A stretch of DNA of 64,000 nt, from the NCBI GenBank assembly GCA_041736175.1, contig JBGSUI010000219.1, forward strand, positions 22,823-86,822, read 5' to 3'. The position numbers and the translations under genes are program-made. The notes beneath the pieces are model-generated. The model was not told the origin of the DNA. It saw only the letters and a list, made by a program, of their open reading frames with translations, and made no database searches. How positions within the stretch are numbered: the stretch's first letter is position 1; each line of letters starts with the position of its first letter. The stretch is from Oligoflexales bacterium (lineage in GTDB: Bacteria; Bdellovibrionota_B; Oligoflexia; Oligoflexales; CAIYRB01). Of this stretch, positions 58,097-64,000 are shown one piece after another.

Positions 58097-59209
58097 ATGC
58101 CGATGCGCATGGAATCAGACCTTAACCGGTTTCGTAAAATCGTCAGAGGAAAAATCAAAAAGGAACTCCGCCGTTTTATTTCCTCTGGCGATCTTATCGG
58201 TAGGCAAGGAAAAAAGCAGATCACCATACCTTTGCCGAGAATCGATATCCCCCACTTCCAATTCGGCTCGAACCAACAGGGGGGAGTCGGTCAAGGCAAC
58301 GGAGAAGCCGGGGATTCCATCAACCAGGGTGAACCCCAGCCGGGTGAAGGACAGGAAGCAGGCAACTCCGAAGGCCAGCACAACCTAGAAGTAGATGTGA
58401 CTCTCGAAGAACTAGCTGGAATCCTCGGCGAGGAACTCCAGTTACCCAATATCGAAAACAAGGGCAAAAAAAATCTCGAGGACAAACAGTACAAATATAC
58501 CGGAATTCTTAAACAGGGCCCCGAGTCACTTCGGCATTTTAAACGGACCTATAAAGAAGCTCTCAAAAGATCGATTGCGACCGGAACCTACAATGCTGAT
58601 AACCCAATTATTGTTCCCATAAAAGAAGACAAAAGGTATCGGAGTTACCGCGTTCAACACCTGCCCGTGGCAAATGCCGTCATCATCTATATGATGGACG
58701 TCTCGGGATCCATGGGGGACGAACAAAAAGAGATCGTTCGACTGACCAGCTTTTGGATTGATACGTGGCTCAGCACCCAATACGAAGGTCTGGAAAGGCG
58801 CTATATCATCCACGATGCCACCGCGAGGGAAGTCGACCAAAATACCTTTTACAGGACCAAAGAATCGGGAGGCACTCTTATAAGTTCGGCCTATCGGCTC
58901 GCCCTTAAGCTCCTGGACGAACATTATCCTTCCAATGAGTGGAATGTTTATCTCTTTCATTTTTCGGATGGTGATAACTGGTCTGGAAACGACACCGCCG
59001 AATGCATGAAGATTCTCGAATCGCAGATATTGCCGGTATCCAATCTGTTTTGCTACGGACAAGTGGAATCGAGGTATGGTTCAGGGCAGTTTCTCAGGGA
59101 TCTACAAAAGCATTTTGGTGAAAACTCGGCAAAATTGACAACAAGCCAAATCAAAGACAGAGACTCCATTGTTGACGCAATTAAGACTTTCCTAGGAAAG
59201 GGCAAGTAA
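58097..59209 (+). CDS. yeaH: YeaH/YhbH (DUF444) vWA-like protein
   Basis: [28 protein letters not shown]. Confidence 0.92.
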   Translation: MPMRMESDLNRFRKIVRGKIKKELRRFISSGDLIGRQGKKQITIPLPRIDIPHFQFGSNQQGGVGQGNGEAGDSINQGEPQPGEGQEAGNSEGQHNLEVDVTLEELAGILGEELQLPNIENKGKKNLEDKQYKYTGILKQGPESLRHFKRTYKEALKRSIATGTYNADNPIIVPIKEDKRYRSYRVQHLPVANAVIIYMMDVSGSMGDEQKEIVRLTSFWIDTWLSTQYEGLERRYIIHDATAREVDQNTFYRTKESGGTLISSAYRLALKLLDEHYPSNEWNVYLFHFSDGDNWSGNDTAECMKILESQILPVSNLFCYGQVESRYGSGQFLRDLQKHFGENSAKLTTSQIKDRDSIVDAIKTFLGKGK

Positions 59210-59212
59210 ACC

Positions 59213-60712
59213 ATGATTTCTGGTTACGAAACCCGCTTAACACAAGAACTTCAGGATATAGCATCCCGCCTAGGAGAAGTCGCTCGCAAAGCGGGGCTAG
59301 ACTTTTTTGATACGATTTTTGAGCTTGTAGACTACAAACAGCTCAACGAGATCGCTGCCTATGGTGGATTTCCCACCAGATATCCCCACTGGCGATGGGG
59401 CATGGAATACGAACGACTGGCCAAAAGCTATACCTATGGCTTGTCTATTATTTACGAGATGGTGATCAACAACAATCCCTGCTATGCTTACCTCCTAAGG
59501 GCCAACGATCTCGTCTACCAAAAAACCGTGATCGCCCATGTCTATGCCCACTGTGATTTTTTCAAAAACAATTACTGGTTCGGTAAGACCAACCGCAAAA
59601 TGCTCAATCAGATGGCCAACCACGCCCTTCATATCAGACGGTTGATCAATGAAGTCGGCCATGATGAGGTAGAATCTTTTATCGATTGCTGTCTTTCCCT
59701 TGAAAATCTGATCGATCTTCACTCTGTTTTTAGACCGAATCCCAAGAGTCCCGAAGATCTCGATGAATATGCTCGGCCTAAGCCACCGCCTCGGATTCGA
59801 GCCAAGAAGTATATGGACACCTACGTTAATCCTGATGAATTTATCGAACGGCAAAAAGAAAAAATGGCCGAAGAAGCGGCTAGAGTCAAGAACTTCCCCG
59901 AAAATCCCGAGAGGGATGTCCTCAAGTTTCTTTTAGAATACGCGCCCATGACAGGATGGGAAAAGCGGGTCTTAGCTATTATCAGAGATGAGTCTTATTA
60001 TTTTGCCCCCCAAGCCCAAACAAAAATCCTTAACGAAGGCTGGGCGACCTATTGGCATAGCAAAATGATGACCCAACTCGCGCCCCTTTCGGAAAGTGAG
60101 ATTATCGACTACTGCGACCACTTTGCCGGAGTCGTCGCCTCCCAACCCGGTGGCCTCAATCCCTATAAATTGGGAGTCGAACTCCTGCGCCATGTGGAAA
60201 AGCGCTGGAACCGCGGTCAGTTTGGCCTCGACTATCTCCACTGCGACGATCCCAAACACCGCTCCGAGTGGAACACCAATGCTGGACTGGGTAAGAAAAA
60301 ATTGTTTGAGATCCGACGCTTTCACAACGATATCACTTTTTTGGACGAATTTTTAGACGAAGATTTTTGTCACGAAACTAAAATGTTTATCTACGATTTC
60401 GACCGTCGCAACAACCGCTTCGTGATTAGCAGTCGAGACTTTGGCAAAATCAAAAGCAGACTCCTTCAGCAGCTCACCAATTTCGGCCAGCCGATCATTA
60501 GAGTCATTGATGGAAACTTTAAAAACCGAAATGAACTGCTCCTTAAACACGAGCATGAGGGGATCGATCTCAAACACGACGCTGCACTTGAGACTCTTAA
60601 AAACCTTCACCGCATCTGGCGCAGACCAATCCATATAGAAACCATCTATGAAGAATCTCGCCGACGGATCTCTTACGACGGAAGTAGCCACCAAATAGAA
60701 AAAGTCACCTAG
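59213..60712 (+). CDS. spoVR: SpoVR/YcgB-family protein
   Basis: YPHWRWG, IYEMVINNNPCYAYL, AHVYAHCDFFKNN, TKILNEGWATYWH. Confidence 0.93.
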   Translation: MISGYETRLTQELQDIASRLGEVARKAGLDFFDTIFELVDYKQLNEIAAYGGFPTRYPHWRWGMEYERLAKSYTYGLSIIYEMVINNNPCYAYLLRANDLVYQKTVIAHVYAHCDFFKNNYWFGKTNRKMLNQMANHALHIRRLINEVGHDEVESFIDCCLSLENLIDLHSVFRPNPKSPEDLDEYARPKPPPRIRAKKYMDTYVNPDEFIERQKEKMAEEAARVKNFPENPERDVLKFLLEYAPMTGWEKRVLAIIRDESYYFAPQAQTKILNEGWATYWHSKMMTQLAPLSESEIIDYCDHFAGVVASQPGGLNPYKLGVELLRHVEKRWNRGQFGLDYLHCDDPKHRSEWNTNAGLGKKKLFEIRRFHNDITFLDEFLDEDFCHETKMFIYDFDRRNNRFVISSRDFGKIKSRLLQQLTNFGQPIIRVIDGNFKNRNELLLKHEHEGIDLKHDAALETLKNLHRIWRRPIHIETIYEESRRRISYDGSSHQIEKVT

Positions 60713-60714
60713 TA

Positions 60715-62463
60715 ATGGTTCAGCGAGCCACCAACCTAGCGATCTTTTTTTTGTCCCTGTTTGGGGCAATAGAGGCTAGCTTTGGGCAAAAATCGGAGAA
60801 TACCTCAAACAAAGCTCCCAAGGTACCTCTGATCCAAAATGTTGGAGTCATTCCCCTCCAGGTTGTAGGAGGAACCGACAATCAAAATGGATATATCGAC
60901 AAATTAGCCGGCCTCCTGCCCCAGACCGTCCGCGAAACCAAGCGGTTTAAGGTGATCAATAACGATCTAGTCAGCTCCTTGTGGGAATCCAAAGAAGGCC
61001 GCCTTGAGTTGGTAAAGGAGTTTGAGATCAGTGGCTTGATCGCCTTGTCCGTCCAGGAAAAGTCTGATCTTGTGACCCTGACAGCACAGTTGTTAAACCC
61101 AAATATGCAACCTTATCTTTTTGAGACCGAGACCATAAACAAACACGACATAGCTTTCCAAACCGAGCAAGACACTCGCAATCTGTTGCAGAATTTGATC
61201 TTTCGAATGAGCAACCGCATACCTTTTGATGTGGCCGTCACTTCTATCCAAGGCCCGTTTGTGACACTTTCTGGAGGAGCCGAACAAAATCTCGAAGTCA
61301 ACGACCAACTCCAAGTGATTAGAGCCCAGATCCTAACCACACACCCTGCCAACAAGACGTGGCTGGAATTCAAGAGATCGCCCCTAGGGACCGCTCAAGT
61401 GATCGAAGTCAAAAACCATACCTCCATTGCAAAGATCACCTCCCAAACCTATGATGGCGCTATCGAGGTGGGAGACGGCGCAAAGGTGGCCAATATCGCC
61501 AATCGAAGGAAATTCGCCTTAGTTCAGACAAGCCAGACCCTTAAAGATGCAGGCAGCCAAAGCCCCATCATGGTTACCCCCCTCCTCGTAGATTCCGGTA
61601 AACAGGAAGAACAAAAAGTCCCAAAACAAGACTTGCCCCCTACCGAAAAACCCACCCCATCTAATAACCCACCCCCTAATCCCCCTCCCCCTAAAGATGC
61701 GACGAAGACCACAGCAAGCGAAAGCTCAGAGCCAGAGGCACAAACGCCCAGTGTCAACGAAGACCAGGAAGAAAAATCTGTCTGGGAAGATGTTTCTTCA
61801 GAAGCCACCAGCCATAAATTACTGGAAGCGCTGACAGTCTATTTCGGTCCTTATTGGTGGAGTGTTCGAGGCCCCACCAATAGTTCGGGGAGATTTCCCA
61901 TCTACCTTGTTAATCACCTCGGTGCTGGCATCAACCGCACCATGCTCTATAAGTTCAAGCTGACCATGGGAGGGGGCGGCGTCTTTGGGGATACTCCGGC
62001 AGGAAGTTATTTAGGCTACGACGCCTTTGCCAGGTTTTTTTGGGAAGATTATATCGAGGGGGATTTTTTGAGCTGGTGGCGAGCTGGGGGAGCGAGTTCT
62101 TTTTCAGGGATTAATGTTTCCAAAGGACTTTACGGGGGCGGCGATTGGATTCGTGGGGGCTTGTTTGGGGGAGTCGGCGGATTTTTTAACGTAGGAGAAC
62201 CCTCATCTCGCATTGACTGGTTTGGGGATTTCACCCTTACACCTCTCAATATTGGCCGGGTCGGCTACGAAGGTGCCTTTAAACAAGTGGAATCTGCCAT
62301 GGGATGGCGGCTTGAGCTAGGTGGCTTTCTTTGGTCACCGCCAGAAGAGATCCAATATGGTGGCATGTTTCAGCTAAGCGACGAGAGACTCACCCTTAAA
62401 AACGGTCGTCGGCCACACTTTAAGGATTTTGCGATCAAGGCTCTTATCAAGTTCGCCCTATAA
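60715..62463 (+). CDS. Exported hypothetical protein (TolB_N/FlgT-like N-terminal part, Pro-rich linker, beta-barrel-like C-terminus)
   Basis: Signal peptide; VTLSGGAEQNLEVNDQLQV; PPPNPPPP linker; Gly/aromatic strands. Confidence 0.55.
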   Translation: MVQRATNLAIFFLSLFGAIEASFGQKSENTSNKAPKVPLIQNVGVIPLQVVGGTDNQNGYIDKLAGLLPQTVRETKRFKVINNDLVSSLWESKEGRLELVKEFEISGLIALSVQEKSDLVTLTAQLLNPNMQPYLFETETINKHDIAFQTEQDTRNLLQNLIFRMSNRIPFDVAVTSIQGPFVTLSGGAEQNLEVNDQLQVIRAQILTTHPANKTWLEFKRSPLGTAQVIEVKNHTSIAKITSQTYDGAIEVGDGAKVANIANRRKFALVQTSQTLKDAGSQSPIMVTPLLVDSGKQEEQKVPKQDLPPTEKPTPSNNPPPNPPPPKDATKTTASESSEPEAQTPSVNEDQEEKSVWEDVSSEATSHKLLEALTVYFGPYWWSVRGPTNSSGRFPIYLVNHLGAGINRTMLYKFKLTMGGGGVFGDTPAGSYLGYDAFARFFWEDYIEGDFLSWWRAGGASSFSGINVSKGLYGGGDWIRGGLFGGVGGFFNVGEPSSRIDWFGDFTLTPLNIGRVGYEGAFKQVESAMGWRLELGGFLWSPPEEIQYGGMFQLSDERLTLKNGRRPHFKDFAIKALIKFAL

Positions 62464-62508
62464 GGCGTCCAGCACCAGGAAAAATCAGCCAAACGCTCCT
62501 CAAAGGAG

Positions 62509-63768
62509 TCACAAGTTAGGTCCTGTCAATGTCATAGGTGGCAATTGCATGGTTGCGCAATGGATCGCTCCACCTAATGCAATAAGTTTATCGGAGGCAA
62601 TCCAATGAACAGTATATCCTAAACTTTGATATACTTCTGATACTTTGGTCTCATAAGATTTTGTCTGGGCATGATCTGGATAGTTTGTCGATTTCACGCG
62701 AGTGTCACAAGGTAGAGCGTCATACCTGGGAACATAAATATGCTTATTCAAGATAAGTGCGTTAACATAAGACCTAATTATGGTATCATGATCACCTCCT
62801 TTAACTTTAAAAATAGGCGTTGGAAGTGGAACTTTTTTGACGGTATACCCCAACTCTTCAAGTTTTTTGCTGCGTTCAGCGAGGAATTTTTCAATAAATG
62901 ACGCTTTAATGGGGTCATTGGAAAGTGATGCGCTGTCGGCGCTCAAATCTGCTACTACGATCACCCCATTAGGAAAAGCCTTTGCCCACATGTCGATGTG
63001 CCCTGTCGGTTCAAAGGGCATACGCGGAAGTATGTGAGTTTTTTGACAACCCAAGTAACTCTCGAAGTCAGATATTAATTCAAATTCACTGTAAATTTTA
63101 TCAGACTCGTGCAGTCCGCTCAGATTGTCAGAAACGACTACACCACTCATTAAACAATGAATTTCATCGTCCTTTTTTAAGGATATAAAGTTCCCTCCTT
63201 GAAAATGCATCGGAAGTCGGAAGCGACTTAAATGATTCTGCTTCGCAAATTCACTATTAAAAATATCATCTCCGTGACGATCATCGTGATAATTAAAGTC
63301 TGCTACAACTAACTTTTGAGGCATGTTTTTTGTTTTTGTTATTATTGGACCATAATCTCTGACCCAAGTACTAGTAGTATGTTGGTTCGTTGGAAATGGT
63401 AATGTTTTAAAGATAGGTTTCTTTGTGAATTGCGTTTCGAAAACATTGGATCTTAAAAATTCAGTTAAATTGTTCAAGCGTTTTTTTGCTATTTCATCGT
63501 GAATAGGATCTGGAATTAGAATTGTTGTCACTCCTGATTGGGAAATCTCTGTGAGGAACTTTCCAATGTCAATGAGGCCAAATAGACGGGGAGAAATGAT
63601 CACGGCGCCTGAGGTTTCGTACTCTGGAATCACTGCTTGCTGATACTTAAACCTTTGCAATTGCGCCGAATCGATCTCATTAATTTGGCCATTGAGGATG
63701 GACGGTCCCGCTTTTAGGCAACCTGTACTATTTATGATGAGAATGGCAAATAAATATTTTTTATACAT
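62509..63768 (-). CDS. Agmatine/peptidylarginine deiminase-family lipoprotein
   Basis: WVRDYGP, QGGNF, TGHIDM, SYVNAL, GGAIHCATMQ; leader MYKKYLFAILIINSTGC. Confidence 0.88.
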   Translation of the reverse strand: MYKKYLFAILIINSTGCLKAGPSILNGQINEIDSAQLQRFKYQQAVIPEYETSGAVIISPRLFGLIDIGKFLTEISQSGVTTILIPDPIHDEIAKKRLNNLTEFLRSNVFETQFTKKPIFKTLPFPTNQHTTSTWVRDYGPIITKTKNMPQKLVVADFNYHDDRHGDDIFNSEFAKQNHLSRFRLPMHFQGGNFISLKKDDEIHCLMSGVVVSDNLSGLHESDKIYSEFELISDFESYLGCQKTHILPRMPFEPTGHIDMWAKAFPNGVIVVADLSADSASLSNDPIKASFIEKFLAERSKKLEELGYTVKKVPLPTPIFKVKGGDHDTIIRSYVNALILNKHIYVPRYDALPCDTRVKSTNYPDHAQTKSYETKVSEVYQSLGYTVHWIASDKLIALGGAIHCATMQLPPMTLTGPNL

Positions 63769-64000
63769 ATAATCTTTCTTGCTGTACCAAAGATTGTCGC
63801 GCTTACCTTTTGCTTCCTGCAAAAGGTAAGCCACTCAGAAAAAGAAATGTTAATCTGGTAATGAACTAAGCGCGCTCGCGCGCAGTCCTATCCCGAGCAT
63901 CCGGGCAGATTAGCTTTCCTTCCGGCATAATCTCGGCACATTTTATTCAATTCCTAGACCTCTGAATCTCAGACTCCATTTAAATATAGCTAATTTTTGC

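Noticed and set aside
63913..63926. Minus-strand CCGGAAGGAAAGC resembling the SRP RNA core
   Set aside because: Lacks the CAGG/AGCA symmetric loop and the long flanking helix.

Overview
A gene-dense chromosomal window of moderate GC. The gene content (flagellar TPR proteins, PilZ/STAS/SpoIIE signalling, DUF1554 and FecR-type surface proteins) suggests a Bdellovibrionota/Oligoflexia-like bacterium; this is inference only. It holds hldE and a sigma54-driven flagellar operon (TPR protein, a REC-less enhancer-binding protein, flgB, flgC, fliE, fliF, fliH, fliI, fliJ, motE-like; no fliG). An orphan parA-parB pair has two novel 15-bp palindromes upstream and a divergent SprT/DUF2786 gene. Housekeeping genes are fabI, glpK, fmt, purN, ispA and a frameshifted prfB. 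Also present: a di-heme peroxidase lipoprotein, two paralogous membrane proteins, an MCP, a flbD-motA-motB-TPR operon, a PP2C/kinase/STAS partner-switching module, prkA-yeaH-spoVR and a lipoprotein agmatine/peptidylarginine deiminase. I saw no rRNA, tRNA, CRISPR array, transposase or integrase. The best leads are the candidate parABS with an inverted-half-site parS, a recurring sigma28-like promoter (TCAATTTA-N11-TYCGATRA) in front of non-flagellar genes, and two ~800-aa TPR proteins that may be motor scaffolds. All calls come from motif reading by eye; no database search was run.
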